Source: the human T2T-CHM13v2.0 reference genome, Homo sapiens. Taken from it: a stretch of DNA of 64,000 nucleotides. The notes below the pieces were generated by a model. That model was not told the origin of the DNA, made no database searches, and was given only the letters and a program-made list of their open reading frames with translations. Shown piece after piece: positions 12,947 to 26,208 of this stretch (position 1 is its first letter; the number at the start of each line of letters is the position of its first letter). The DNA is taken from assembly GCF_009914755.1 (NCBI RefSeq), contig NC_060926.1; one strand, 5' to 3'. The position numbers were made by a program, and so were the translations under genes.

Positions 12947-13409
12947 GCCTAGAAGAGGTTTGGTAGTGGTCCTGCCCCGTAGTCTGTGCTTAATAAATAA
13001 ATGCCATATCATCTGCATCTCCTGACTGGCCTTGCCAGTCTTCACTAGCCTGGACCTTGGCAGCCCTATGTGAGTCAAGGTGTGCATCAGGCCTGGGCTT
13101 CCTTTTGTCCCCCATCAACCCTGGCAATGATACATAGCACTGGATTGACTCATGTAGCTTTGTACCAAGCAGGAAAGCTTCTTTCTGCTTTGCAGGAATA
13201 CAGCAAGGCTGTATGTGTATGAATGAGACACTTAACCCCAGGCTTTTCCCTTCCCTTCCCTTTTAAATGTTTTCGTCTTTCAGTTATTTCAGCACCCTAT
13301 CTACAGTTCCCAAATCAGTTTTTCAACACAGAGTTACTTAGCATGCCTTGGGCTAGAGCCACCACAGGGAACCAATTAACTCTCTGCTCTAATGTGGACC
13401 TGTTAATTT

Positions 13410-13624
13410 CACAGGCTTTGGAGTCAGACAGTCCTAATTTGAAGTCCCATCTCTTCTAATTAGCTGTGAATCCTTGGAAAAGTTACCTAAATATTCCAGG
13501 ATTCAGCTTCTATATCTGTAAAATGGCAATAATAATATATAGTGGACAGGATTAAATAGACACAATGCATGAAAACTCCTGACACATAGCTAATTTATGC
13601 CTAATAAATGTTAGCTATCATCAT
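13410..13624 (+). mobile_element. MIR
   Basis: ggctttggagtcagacag...atctgtaaaatgg...aataaatgttagctat. Confidence 0.85.
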
Positions 13625-15084
13625 ATTTTTTCATCAATAAATCCAGTGTTTCATTCTTCTATTCTTAATATTAGTATCAGTCGCTATCATCTCTACCATT
13701 TCCCCCACATACTATCTAATAGCACTTAAAAGGGTTGTCCCTTGAGCTGGGCTTAGTTATTTGGAGTTAGTTCTCATTGGAGCCAGGAGTGACCTCAGAA
13801 TGTATCACATCACCTGGACGTTAATCAAATTATATACTCTAATGACTGAGTCTTATAACTCAAATCTTCAGAAAGATTACCAACTTTCCCTGGGCTTTTC
13901 TTTGGAGCTTCCAAAATGCAATGGGAACTCCTGAATGTATCCTAAGCCTTCCTCAATCCTTAGCCGTTAGGTCCACCAATGCTCCTAACTGTGCTGTTTG
14001 ACCCTAAACCAATTATTAACTCAAGCCTACTTGAGGCAGTGAGTTGGAGTATTTGTTTGTAGACTTTGGAATTACATAGTCTTTGCATCCCTTTTTAACC
14101 TGATTTTACTCTCTTTTTATTTATTCCATACAGAGAATTAGACCTTCTTCTTGCATAGTTTCCAACAGCTTTCCCACTTAGATGTTTAGTCCCCTCTTTA
14201 GATTAGGAGCTCACATTCACCTTCTCCTAATAGTATGGGTCCCTGCTACCCCACTAACTTTTGCCATTACTTTGTTTTTAAAATTGGTGCTTTTTCCCCA
14301 TCCTGGGTCTTCTGATAAGAAATTAACACTTTGAACTGCATCTGCCTGACTCCTGAGTTTTTGTATCAGCTACATTTGCTACTGCTGTGTTCCATAATCA
14401 ACAAGGCTAATGATGAAAATTCCTCCTGAGCATGCTACATCCCATTGACTGCACTGGTATCAGCCTTGATGGTTAGAAAAGCTGCCTAGTACTGCCACAC
14501 ACTGCCCAGGATTGTCTGTTTTAGCCTCTATGTCACCCTTTGCAATGAAGATTAGGTATGCTTCCACCCTGAGCCCTTGTAAGTCATTTAGTAGGGAATT
14601 ATGGCCTGTTTGTAGCCTATTTAGGCATTTCTATTGTTCAACAAGACTTAGGTCTACAGAAACCCTCAAAAAGCAAGCCTTTTCCTAAGATCTGTCTCTA
14701 TGTTGGGCTCCAGCATATTCACAGTGAGGATCCTGTATGCACACTTGCCTGGGAAGCCACTTGGTCCCTTGCAGACTCATAACTATACTGCTCCACCTCT
14801 GTAATTACTGGGTTTACTTGGAAAGGGTTGTATCAGCTGAGGTGCCAGGATCAGAAATAATATAAATATTTTAAGTTTTTATGCAGAGAGTCCTAGACTC
14901 AGAGGTAGGAGGCTTCAGTTCTAGCCACAACTCCCTTTACCCTTGAGCGAGACAGGTAGCTTTTCTGGATTTGCGTAAGAATGGCCCTATCTCAAAGCCC
15001 TGTTGAGGAGTCTCTGGGATATCTGCTACATATCTGGTTTATGAATTTTATTCTTCCTGCTAGGCCTGTGGACTCACATTTTGG

Positions 15085-15278
15085 CACTCTTTAGACAATA
15101 TTCAGCTCACAGCCATATTTTATTTGGTATGCACTGTGTTTTGCTTTGTATTACATTTGAATGCCTTATTTAGGTCTGCCTCTCTGCATCCTCATGGTTT
15201 CTTCTGCTCTGTTTTCTCTCTCACTTGGCTCAACTCACCCTCGCTTGGTCCCAAAGACATTTGAATTTTTGGCTTCAG
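15085..15278. mobile_element. Old hAT MITE fragment (MER117-like)
   Basis: The end cttggtcccaaagacatttgaatttttggcttcag resembles an hAT MITE terminus; weak match. Confidence 0.35.
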
Positions 15279-15773
15279 GTCCAATGTGTGTAGACGTTGC
15301 TCCTCTGGGTTTACGAAAATAAAAATAACTACCCCAGGCTCATTTTCTAAATGCAAACGAGTTTATTTGGGAAAAAAATGATTTACTCTGAGATCAAAGT
15401 ACTATGTCTCCGTAGTAATGGTTAAAATCTGGCACTTCCTACAGGTTCTGTTTGATGCCATCTGTTTTATCATGAACAAACCACAGTACAGTTCAGTTCA
15501 GCTCAGCTCTGCTCCTCTGAAATGCCACCAAGGCCCCAGATGCCCATTTTTGGGATGTGGTCAGCAAGAGGAGTGTTGAGATTTTACCTCATTGCATTGT
15601 ACCTGCGCTTCCGAAGCAGGCTGCAGCCACTTCCAGTTTATGCTCTGTTACTGATCCATGATTCAAAAAACCCTGCTGTTTCTGCTGCAGGGTCTCCCTA
15701 CTTGCCTGGAGCTGTGGAATGCACCATGAACCAGGAACAGCATGGGGCAGAGCCCTCAGAGGACCACAGCTAT

Positions 15774-16297
15774 TGTGATTGTCAGCCTCTAAGAGGACCC
15801 TACTCATCCTCACCTCCTGGTACTGACACCCATGTGTGAACCTTTCCCTTTAAGTATGGGCTGGATTCAGTAACTCACTTCTAACCAATAGTGTACAGCA
15901 GAGTGATGGAATGTCACTTCCAAGATTAGGTTATAAAAGAACATAGGGACCTCTTTTGCTTTCTCTCTCATTTGGAGTCCTCACTCTCGGGGAAGCCAGC
16001 CGTCATGTTGTGATCAATCTTATTCAGAGGCCCACATGGTAAAGAACCGATGAAGACCTGAGGTCTGCCTATAGTCCTACCAACAACCACATGAGTCAGC
16101 TTTGAACTGGGTCCTCCCCAACTTGGGCCTGGACATGACTGCAGCCCTGGCTGACACCCTGGTGGCAGTCTGTAAGAGACACTGAGCCAGTGGACCCACC
16201 TAAGCCATGACCTGCTTTCTGATCCACAGAAATAAAATTTGTTGTTTGAGACTATTGAGTTTGAGGATAATTTGTTATACAGCAATATATACTAAAC
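15774..16297 (+). mobile_element. MLT1F-like MaLR LTR
   Basis: cacttctaaccaatag...tgtcacttccaagattaggttataaaag...gactgcagccctggctgacac...aatttgttatacagcaata. Confidence 0.85.
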
Positions 16298-16699
16298 CGC
16301 CACTGATTGTGGCGTACACCAGAAATATGGAAAATATGATGGAAGTGGTCTGGGGCAGGAATAATACACAGTCTCAGCTCTCAGTTGGTCAGCTGTCAGA
16401 GGCCAGAGAATAGATATCAAGAATTCAACACAGATCAAACACACCAGAAAGGGGCTCTGCACAGGTGGAGATCAGATCTTTACATTCTTCTCTACCCAGA
16501 CTGACCCTTTACACCTTATCTTTATGCCTGAAATGCATTCAGCTTATCAGCTCTGCAAGAATATAGAGGTAAAAATGGGAACATCTTGAGGGATAAAGAG
16601 TGTGTTTACAAAAAAGACTGCTTGACTTCTGATCAAGTTTGAAACAGTCCCTCAAGTTAAAAGAGCATGTTTGGAAGAGATTTTTTTTTTTCATACAGT

Positions 16700-17238
16700 A
16701 GGTATAGTTTCTCTGTAATAAAATATTTCATTTATTTTGTTAATTTGTTTAATAATTTTATGCTTGGATCTTTTTCCCATTCAGAGATTGGTAAAATCTT
16801 CACCTCTGGTTTTGTGGTTTTTCTATATGGTTTTAACTTTTAATATTAAAATTGTTGATATAACTAGAATTATTTTTAATGTACAATGTATAGGTATAAC
16901 TTGATTTAGGTATAACTTGATTTTTCCCTTCACTTAGCCAATTTCCCAGGACCATTTCCTGAGTAATTCGAGCTTCATTTGTAAGTTTTTTTAATCATAC
17001 ACAGTCATATAGGTTTATATTCATCTAAGGTGGGCTATGCCTTTTTTTTTATGCATAGAAACTGGCTGTAGATTCCTGAGCCAGCAGCACTCTATTTCTA
17101 TTACACTAATGTTGTGATAAGTTTGTAATGCATTTTATAATTGGTATATCAACATGCCCCCCCATTACTCCCATTTTTGAAAGCTGTCTTGCTTATTATC
17201 AACTGTTTTTTTTTTTAGTGGACTTTAATTTGGTTGAG
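16700..17238 (-). mobile_element. Old L1M(E) ORF2 fragment
   Basis: T-rich, with degenerate L1 antisense motifs (tagccaatttcccaggaccattt, gagccagcagcactctatt). Confidence 0.5.
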
Positions 17239-17449
17239 AGCTGGCAGTGAAATCCACTTCACTGTGATGGAAAACCCATGCTTTTAATCACTATATAGGC
17301 TTAATACCAATTCCTAGTTCTCTTCTCTCAGCATTTAATAAAGAGAAAGTAAGGGTGGAGCATGTTAACATTAGGGTAATACATGTTATAAAGCCTTTCC
17401 TTAGTGCCACTGTCATGGAAGCATATTCTCATTTGCTTATTCTGGAGAC

Positions 17450-17570
17450 CCAGGTTCTGGGAGTGTGGCTTAGGACAGCCTAACTTCTCTGTCTCAATTT
17501 CTCAATCTGTGAACAAAGGTGGCTAGTCAGATGAATTGTAAGGTTCCTCATAGGCCTGATATATGCTCTA
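17450..17570 (+). mobile_element. MIR3 fragment
   Basis: aacttctctgtctcaatttctcaatctgt...agatgaattgtaaggttcc. Confidence 0.55.
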
Positions 17571-18339
17571 ATTCCATATACCCATAAATAGAAGACAGGG
17601 AGATGGGATGCTTCTGCTCCTGGGCTTGGACTGGTCAAAGAGGGTGAGTTATCTCTGTGCAGTGTTGGAATATTTGCTGAAGTTAATGAGAAATGAGCTC
17701 TGAATACATTGAAAAACACACAGGATTTTTATGTATTTGTGCAAATTCTACTAATTAGCATGGACAAACAAGAAATAGATGTGCAGGGAAAGGCTACTGT
17801 TTGTTTTCTCTCACTGGTGCATGTTAATGATCAAAATAAGATTTGCAAATCAGCCTGCATCTATCTTCCAGGGTTAATATTACAATTTGGTGAGCTTTCA
17901 AACAGCTTGACTTATATTACTGTTCTGGTAGGCTGCCAGGAACCCCAAATCGGTTCAGCAGTGTCTAGTGATTTCAGGCCTGATAATGGACATTGGTTGC
18001 CCAAGGGGCTTATTCTGGTGGAGGGAAACAGAGGGACAGCAAGGAAGGAACCATCTTTCCTTTATGCCGCAGAACTTAACTTCATTTATATTCATTTGTC
18101 CAAACTGTTTTAAGGCAAGAGTGATGTCTGCCTTTATTGATAAGATAATTGACATTTCTGATCATTTTGCTACTTGTTTTACTGGGAATAAAAGAAGAGC
18201 ATGTGTATTTGTCGGTGATAGAGTTTATGACTGGAGCCAACAGAGTGTGTTAGCTGTCATCAGTGCCTGAATGGCTTGGCTGTCCTGTAAGAAAAACAGT
18301 ACATGTATAGTTTGTGGCTCCTTTGGGAGAATGACTGGG

Positions 18340-18490
18340 ACCAAGATACAGAAGTTTTGGAAGACAGCTCATAGATTATCTCAAAGAGGAACTTTCTAAT
18401 AATTAGAGTTGGCCTCAGATGGAACCGTCTCCCACGGACTTTTTAAGTAAGATCAAGCACTCTCTGGATAACCACTTGTTGCAAATGCTC
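18340..18490 (+). mobile_element. L3/CR1 fragment
   Basis: gaactttctaataattagag...gatggaac...ctggataaccacttgt. Confidence 0.55.
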
Positions 18491-18651
18491 AAGATTTATT
18501 TGGGGATCACAATGGTACCTTGCAAACCAGGAACTATTGGATCCTATTACCCTCTGTAGGGCAGAAAGTAAATTGTACTGGGACTAATTCTATTACTTAT
18601 ATTTCAGTTTCCCAGATCAAAGTGGAATGTCTGCAAAATAAATATTGGCAG

Positions 18652-19062
18652 TGATATGGTTTGGACCTGTGTCCCTCCCAAATCTCATGTCAAGTTGTAA
18701 TATCCAGTGTTGGAGGTGGGGCTGGTGGGAAGAGATTGGGCCATGGGTGTGGAGTTCCCATGAATGGTTTAGCACCATCCTTTCCTGGTACTGTGTAGTC
18801 AGTTCTCATGAGACCTGGTTGTTTAAAAGTGTGTAGCACCTCCCTCTACACTCTCTTTCTTCCACCTGTTCCAGCCATGTGAAGGGCTGGCTCCTGCTTC
18901 GCCTTCTGCCATGAGTAAAATCTCCCCGAGGCTTCCCCAGAAGCAGATGCAGCCTTGCTTCCTATATAGCCTGCAGAACTGTGAGTCGATTAAACCTCTT
19001 TTCTTTATAAATTACCCAGTCTCAGGTATTTCTTTATAGCAATGCAAGAATGGACTAATACA
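18652..19062 (+). mobile_element. MSTA-like MaLR solo LTR
   Basis: TG...CA ends (tgatatggtttgg...ggactaataca); perfect 5-bp TSD ggcag at 18647-18651 and 19063-19067. Confidence 0.93.
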
Positions 19063-20329
19063 GGCAGTGAAAAGACTAGTAAGCAAGCCCATGAATTAGC
19101 AACTTATAGCCCCAGAAAAATAATGCTGTAATTTACTTACTAAAGTTTTAATCAAAATAGGACTTAAAATAAAATGAAAGTAAATGACAACATTGTTTAT
19201 CTGGATTAAATAAGATATCCTACCTTTATTAAAGTGCCTAGCGCCCACAAATAGGAAGGAAATCCTTTGAAGTTTCACATTTACTAGAAAGAGTTACCAG
19301 CCTAGTAGAGTAGGGGCAAGGATGATGCATTAGAGCACTGCCTCCAAAACAGTAGTCCATGGTTTAGCTGAAGCAGAATCACCCTGGTGGATCTTAAGGC
19401 CTTACCAGAACCTGAGAGAGGGTATTGGAAAATGCATTAGAAATAAACTTCCCAAGTGATTTAATGTGTAACCGGTTTGGGAAATCTCTGTATTATATGG
19501 CCTCAAATTTTCCTCAAGCTCTTAAGATCCCAGGTAATTTTAAGTAGAATTATATGTATTTTCTATAAGTTGCATTTTACTGCAGGATCCCAGTTAATAT
19601 GTTATTTCCTGTAATCAATGAATAAGATTCAGCTAAGCATCATCATCTATCAAAACCATGATTCTTGTTTATGACTTTGCTAATTATTCTTTCCAACCAT
19701 GGAAAGTTGCCATATTTCAGAACAGAGTGAATGTTTGTTCAGATTCCAATTCAGAGCTCCCAAATTTACTAAGTAGAAGGTAAATTATACATGGTACATT
19801 ACTGGTACTTTGCATGATGAAAATAAGACATCAGCTCTCAATCTTTCGAATAGAGAGCAAAAGTGAAACAAATAAGACAAGTACAGCATGGCAGAGTTAC
19901 AACTGAGGCATGTGTATATTGGGTAATGGCACAAAGAAAGGATAGTATCGTAGCTGGAGAGGTGGTCGTGGAAGAATCAGGGGATTGAGGTATAAAAGAC
20001 TGGAACATAGCAAAAGAAGAGTGGTGGAAAGGCTAAATGGCAGAGGGAGTTCCAGAAGGAAGCTGGAATAGCTTGGTGCATTCAGGACTCATACAGTAGC
20101 CTAACTCTTGTAATATTGTATGCATAAGTTTATTTAAATTCACCTTGTGTAGCTTAAAATCAGACATACATAAATATGGGATTTGACAATTGATAACGTT
20201 CACATAATTAAATGAGGAAAGTTTCTTAGCTTTATTCCACATTCTACTAAGGGTTTGGGACCTAACGCTCCTCAAAGTCAAGAGCAAATTAATTTTCCAG
20301 ACAAGTGTGTTGTATCAGCTGAGAAGAAA

Positions 20330-20520
20330 GGCTCTGGAGACAAGCCACTAAGCCTGCCATTCTGGTACCTTAAACTCTGTTCATCAGAGTATCATAAGCT
20401 GTAAAATGAAGATAAAACTCACAATTATCTCATGGAGTTATTATGAAGATTAAATAAATAAATACATGGCAAGAGTGAAAACAAGCCAACTACCACGTCA
20501 GCTCTTAGTACTATTATTAG
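20330..20520 (+). mobile_element. MIR
   Basis: ctgtaaaatgaagataa...gttattatgaagattaaat. Confidence 0.65.
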
Positions 20521-21154
20521 TTGGTGCTGTGAAGGGAAGACAAAGGAGATGAATTGGGAGAGGAAGGTCCTTGTCACTCACCTCCAAATGTCTGGGAGCC
20601 AAAGATGCTGGGGAAGAAACACACAGATCATCAATTCCCTGAGACTCTTTCCAGCCACCTCACCCCGACAACTCCAACTTACAATTAAGGACATTTCTCT
20701 GTGTTCATTGACAAGCCATTAACAAATTTTAAATAAAGATATAACTCAGCCCCTCCTCCAGCTCAGGGGCTGTCCATCATTTATGTTTGAATCTCCAGTG
20801 CCTGACTCATAGCAGACAGTCACTAATGACTATGAAATGAATAAATGAGAGAGTAAATCAAATAATTAAAACACAGTGAAGCTGTGTGATTACACCAGAT
20901 TATGACACCAGCATCAGAGGAGAAAACTAAGAATCACTATTTAATTTCAGCAGAGTACTATGTTTTGAATGCACACGTTATGACCCATTTGATCTGAAAG
21001 TAATACTGAAACAAGTTTGTATTGATCTCATCCACTACTTGCTCAAGCATACGTTCCTGTCCGAGTTACTCCTGGGAGTAGAAGGGGCAATGTCCCGTGA
21101 GTCAGCACTCTGGATTCTGTAAATGCTTCAGTCACTGCCCAGTTCTTCAATCTG

Positions 21155-21320
21155 TAGTAACCAGTCTCTCTAAGCCCCAGTTTTCTCATTTGGAAAATGA
21201 GGATCATGATAATAATAGTTAATTGTTTGAAAGTTTCAAGATTAAATGAGATAAAATGTTATTGCACAGTGGCTGGCACAAAGAGTGTGCTCAGAAAATG
21301 TTAGTTGATATGATATTATT
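21155..21320 (+). mobile_element. MIR
   Basis: ctctaagccccagttttctcattt...gattaaatgagataa...ctggcaca...aaatgttag. Confidence 0.75.
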
Positions 21321-21334
21321 TTATTTGTAATACA

Positions 21335-21563
21335 TCATTCATATGAAAAGCACACAAACTACAAAAAGATAAACGTATTTACTCATGGAATAAGGTGAGG
21401 TTCTGGATCTATTTCGAAGTAATCTGATCTAGGAGGATAAGCGGAGATGACACAAGACTGACCGTAAGTTAAAGATTGTTTCAGCCGCTGATACGTGGAC
21501 GTTCACTTTACTCTCCTTTTTGCCTTTGTATATGTTTGAAAATGTCCATAGTAAAAGTTAAGA
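21335..21563 (+). mobile_element. L1MC4/5-like 3' end
   Basis: gatgacacaagactgacc...gttcactttact...tttgtatatgtttgaaaatgtccatagtaaaag. Confidence 0.6.
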
Positions 21564-22146
21564 ATAATCCATGTGACACACATATACACAACCAAAAATA
21601 GCATGCTGAAGTTTCTGGCTTCTAAGCAACCTGATGCAACTAGATGCCACTATGTTCTCCCTATTCCACACCAAGCACTGTGCCCAATCAACACCAGAAA
21701 ACAGAGAACTGAAACAGAAAACACTTAAGGATAACCCAGGTTTCATTTGTTTGCTTGCTTGTTGGTTTAGTTGGAGAAAGCAGGGGACACACAAATAATA
21801 CTTTAATAGAACTCTGACTGTGATTGTTGTAAGAGTGATAATGCCCTAAATGACAAGCAATGGCAGAGGAAGGGAGAAAGTAGGTTAAAAAAAAAAAAAA
21901 CTTCATAGGGAAAGTGGTACTTAAATAAAATATTAAAAAATGAGCAGGATTTCAAAAGAAGTCATAGGAAAAAGAAAAAAAAGAAGAAAGTGGAACCATA
22001 CCACTCCAAGAATACATCACAGAGTCTATCAAAAGGTAAAATGGGATTTAAGAAGATTAAAAGAACAAGTAATTGAGAGGAAGAGAAGGAATATGAAGGG
22101 ACTCAAATTGTTCTGAACTGTCACCGGGAGGCTCTTGTATGATGGC

Positions 22147-22593
22147 TGTTCAAGTTTCCCAGGGCTGCCAAGCACCAAAACTGGTTGGCTTAAAAAAAAA
22201 AAAGAAGAAGAAATTTATTGTCTCATAGTTGTGGAAAGCTAGAAATCCAAAATCAAGATGTCAGCAGGACAATGCTCCCACTGAAACATGAAGGCAAATC
22301 CCCCTTGCCCCCTCCTAGCTTCCAGTCTTTCTTTGGCAATCTTTGGCATCCCTTGGTTTCTAGATGTCTAACTCCAATTTCTGCCTCTGTCTTCACATGG
22401 CCATCTTCTTACCAGGAGAAGAGTCATTCTGGATGAGGTGCCCACACTACTCCAGTATTAATGCATCCTAACTTAACTTCACCTGTATAGCAACCCTATT
22501 TCCAAATAAGATCACATCCTGAGCTACTGGGGTTAAGACTTCAATATATCATCATTTGATGAGGGGCAGGGGGTGGATAATTCAACCCATACA
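22147..22593 (-). mobile_element. MLT1B/C-like MaLR LTR
   Basis: gaaatttattgtctcatagtt...aaatccaaaatcaagatgtc...ccctatttccaaataagatcaca...aattcaacccataca. Confidence 0.85.
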
Positions 22594-22659
22594 AATGCCA
22601 AGCAGAATTTTTTTTCATGGGGAGTAGAGTGAAGCATGAAGCAATTTATAAAACTGGTC

Positions 22660-22880
22660 TCTTGAAGCAATTAGAATATTTGGATTCTATTCTTGGTTTG
22701 GTCATTTTGTATCCATGCGACCTTGGGCAGTTCCCCTCAAGTTATGTGAACCTGCTAAACAGAGCTACCTGTTCTATACAACTGGCAGAGCTCTTGAAGG
22801 ATGAAATAAAATGATGGCATGAAAGCGCTTTGAAAATCTTAGAGCTCTGGACTTGAATCTGTAAAGTACTGTTATTACTG
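22660..22880 (+). mobile_element. MIR
   Basis: gaccttgggcagtt...gaaggatgaaataaaatgat...gaaagcgctttg. Confidence 0.55.
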
Positions 22881-23233
22881 ATGCTTCTATCTGTATGTCC
22901 TTCACCAGACCTGCACAGATAAGACTGGAAATCTCAATGATTGGAGCTCTCTTCTATTTGTGAAAGTGTTGTCTCTAAAATATCTTTGATAAAATGGAAA
23001 AAATGTTTTTCAGAGAAAATAGATTGCTCACTGGAGGATGTCAAGTAGTGGCAGACCAGGAAGAAGTGGCAGACTAGGAAGAAAAATACAGGACTAAGCT
23101 CAATGCTTTTGAAACAAAGGCCAATATTTCTACTCCAAGTCCTCCTGTCTACATGGAAGGGGAACTTGTGCACCTAGGCCTACAGGGAGGAGGGTCTGGA
23201 GGACTCCATGAAGCCAAGGCCAAATCCTCTACC

Positions 23234-23260
<27 letters not shown>
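23234..23260. repeat. Uninterrupted (A)27 tract
   Basis: Directly visible. Confidence 0.97.
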
Positions 23261-23264
<4 letters not shown>

Positions 23265-25827
23265 AACGAATCTGATTGTACCGAATATGGAGCATGCAGT
23301 GAGTTTCAGTTTTTCCAAGTTAAAGATAAGTGAGGCCTATATTTTAATCTTTTGTTGTCTCAATTTTGCCAGTTCCAGGTGTGAAACGCATGACCCTAAG
23401 AGCTTATTGGCCGATTAAGAGTTTCCCAGACAACAGAGCTATCTAAACTGACAAGTCCTAAGTTTAAGAACTGGGGAAGAGTGATCAGATCCCTATTTCT
23501 ACGAAATCAGCTATATCAGGGAGCCCAGTATTTTATCGGCTATTTGTACTTGACTGACTAATAATTAAAACTAATGAATTGATCCCCATCTGGCTATATG
23601 CTTTCTGTGCTTATTCTCCCTGTTGCTTAGATTCCTGAGCAGATGAGGGGGCATATCAGCCTACTTTACTTCTCCACCCCCTCCTAACACACACCTACTT
23701 CCTCAACTTCCAAATAACAAAGACTGAACTGAGCTACAAGAATAAAGCTTAAGAATTACAGAAACCGAGTGAGCTAGGTGCAGATCCCACCTCAAGTATG
23801 AATCAATAGAAAGAACCCATTCAGAGGTGAACAGGAAAAGAATCTGAGATGAATCAGCCAAAAGTCCTAGTGTGGGTAGGGCCATGTGTACCTTGAATAA
23901 CCACGAAACCCACTAGTCACTAACTTCCAAGGCACACACAGCTGAGGATGATTTTATTGCCAGGAACGCCCAGGATCCTGCAGGAGATAGGGTACAGGAC
24001 AAGTTTGAGTTGGGGGCCCAGGGGTGAGGTGGAGGGCACAGAGCATGAAGGCAAGGCTGTGAGAAGGCTGTGCAGGCTGCCTACCTGCAGCTCTTCCCAC
24101 CCCACTGATTGTCAGAGTGACCTTTTAACCACAGCTGCAGTCAGGGCTTTGGTGGTGGACTGAGAAGGAACATGAAGAATGCACAAAAGAACCAAAACAC
24201 TCTGGGAACAGACTTGGCACACTTACCAAGAGATGGTCTGGGCCCCAGCCTATGCAGATAGATAAGAGACAATGCTATGTTTAAGCAGCTTTATTTGGTC
24301 AGTTTGGGTGCAAGAAACTATTACATTAGGGCTAAATGTATTTTCCAAAATGAGAAAGTAAAGATAGGAGCAGATGCTACCTAGGAGTTTCTCCACTTGC
24401 CAATACCTCTGGTAGATGTTTTCCCACTTAGTCACTTCTGACTTAGATAACATTCCCCAGAATCAACAAGAAAATAAGGGAAGCCCTTCACCAGAGCCTC
24501 TCTTCCACTTGAAGCTGGCCAGCTTGCCATGGGTGTTGGGTGGAAGGTGTTCTAAGTGGGACTGTTGTTGAATCTGGCAACCAAGAAAGGCCTCACCCAC
24601 CTTGCCTCATTACTATCAGCTCAAGGAAGTGTTCTCCCACGGTCTCTCTCCCACTCAATAGCTCCCTCCTTGCACAGAATGAAGCAAATCTGTGAGTCTT
24701 CTGGACATGACCACAACACATGAGCATTTGTAAAATCAATGGGTGCTGTAATCAAGCAAAACAAATTCTTCTGGCTCTGTTTGCTAGATATGTCTCCTTA
24801 CCTCAGGAGCGTCTGAGGAAACCTGGGTTTTCTGTCTACCTTACGTTTTATTTTCCTAGTCACTTGGGTTTGCTGAACTGAGAGAAGCTTCTGAATAGAA
24901 ATAAAGACTAGAAGTACGATGACATTTAAGTCATCTAAGATAATTCTAGAGCCACAGTGTTGTAAAAGCATTTTTAAACTTTTTTTTAACTGAACATTAC
25001 ATTCGTTATCCCCATAGACACCCAGCAAGTTTGTCTTCAGGTTCGCACATTCTGTGAAGGAATTTCTGGTGCCCCGGGTGGTTAGAGTTGAAAGTGCTGA
25101 GTTCAGTTTCATCATGGCTTACACTAATTAGCAATACTAGCCAGAAATTGACCCTAAGCCCAATCACAGGCTGACCTCCAATTCTGAGTCCCACCACGGT
25201 CACAGCTGGGCCTTCATCCTCACTCAAGATTGACTCTTAAGCCAAATCCAGGAAGAAGGGGGCATTCAAATTATAATGGTAGATATTTTATATAGGCCTA
25301 ATTCATCCTCCCCCGCAATTCCTTGTAATGCCTATAAGGACATGTCAAATGAGCACTGGCAGCACTGATAATGCCAATCTGTGGAGAAGAATTACCCTAA
25401 GCACATGTTGATAGTAGGACTGAGAAAAGTGAGCAGTCAGCTAAATATTGGGACCCATCAATGTAGATACAGAAGAGGCAGGAAAAGACTTTAACATAAT
25501 CTGCTCTATCTCCCAATATCAGAAGCTACCAAAGAAGAAGCCTCTCAACCATCCACCACTGTACAGAAGTAGCACGTCAGGGCATTCAGAGATATTTACT
25601 CCTTCCCATCCATACTCCCAGTCTCACCAACACTTATAATTATTCACCAGAAATTCAACAATAGGGAGAAAAGCAACTGGATAATACACGTTGCACAATA
25701 AAAATATGAGATTATCAACAGGCTACGTGGAGACCCTGGGACACACATCTCACTATAGGAAGTGAGGGTAGTAATAGCTGGAGTGGGAATCTTGAAGCCT
25801 GCATCACATATTAAGATGCAAAGTTGG

Positions 25828-26208
25828 TGTATTCATCTGCTATATGAAGATATCACAGACTGTGTGGCTTAAATAACTATTTTTCATAGTTCTGGAGGCT
25901 AGAAGTCCAAGATCAAGGTGCCAGGAGGCTTGGTTTCTGGCGAGACCTCCTTCCTCACCTTGCAGACAGCACCTTCCCATTGTGTCCACACATGGCCTTG
26001 TCTTTGTGCCTGCACACAGAGAGGGCAAGGAGCTCTGGTGTGTCTTCCTATTCTTATAGGACACCAGATCTTTTGGATTAGGGCCCCATCCTTATGATCT
26101 CATTTAATCTTAATTACCTCCTTAAAAGCTCCATCTCCAAATGCAGTCACATCAGGGATTCAGGCTTCAACCCATAAATTTACAAGTAACACAATTCAGT
26201 CTATAACA
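25828..26208 (-). mobile_element. MLT1A0 MaLR LTR
   Basis: catagttctggaggctagaagtccaagatcaaggtgcc...ggattagggcccc...cacaattcagtctataaca; TG..CA ends. Confidence 0.9.

Noticed and set aside
13740-14850. Possible very old ERV/Gypsy internal remnant
   Set aside because: No motif I can match with confidence; needs an HMM search against Dfam.
21380-21520. CpG-containing stretch with donor-like GTAAGT, possible exon or ncRNA
   Set aside because: Better explained as a diverged L1MC4/5 3' end.
24798-25115. 105-aa minus-strand ORF with a GAG|GTAAGG donor-like site near 24800
   Set aside because: No recognisable protein similarity, no clear acceptor, and the length is within chance expectation. A lncRNA exon cannot be excluded without RNA data.
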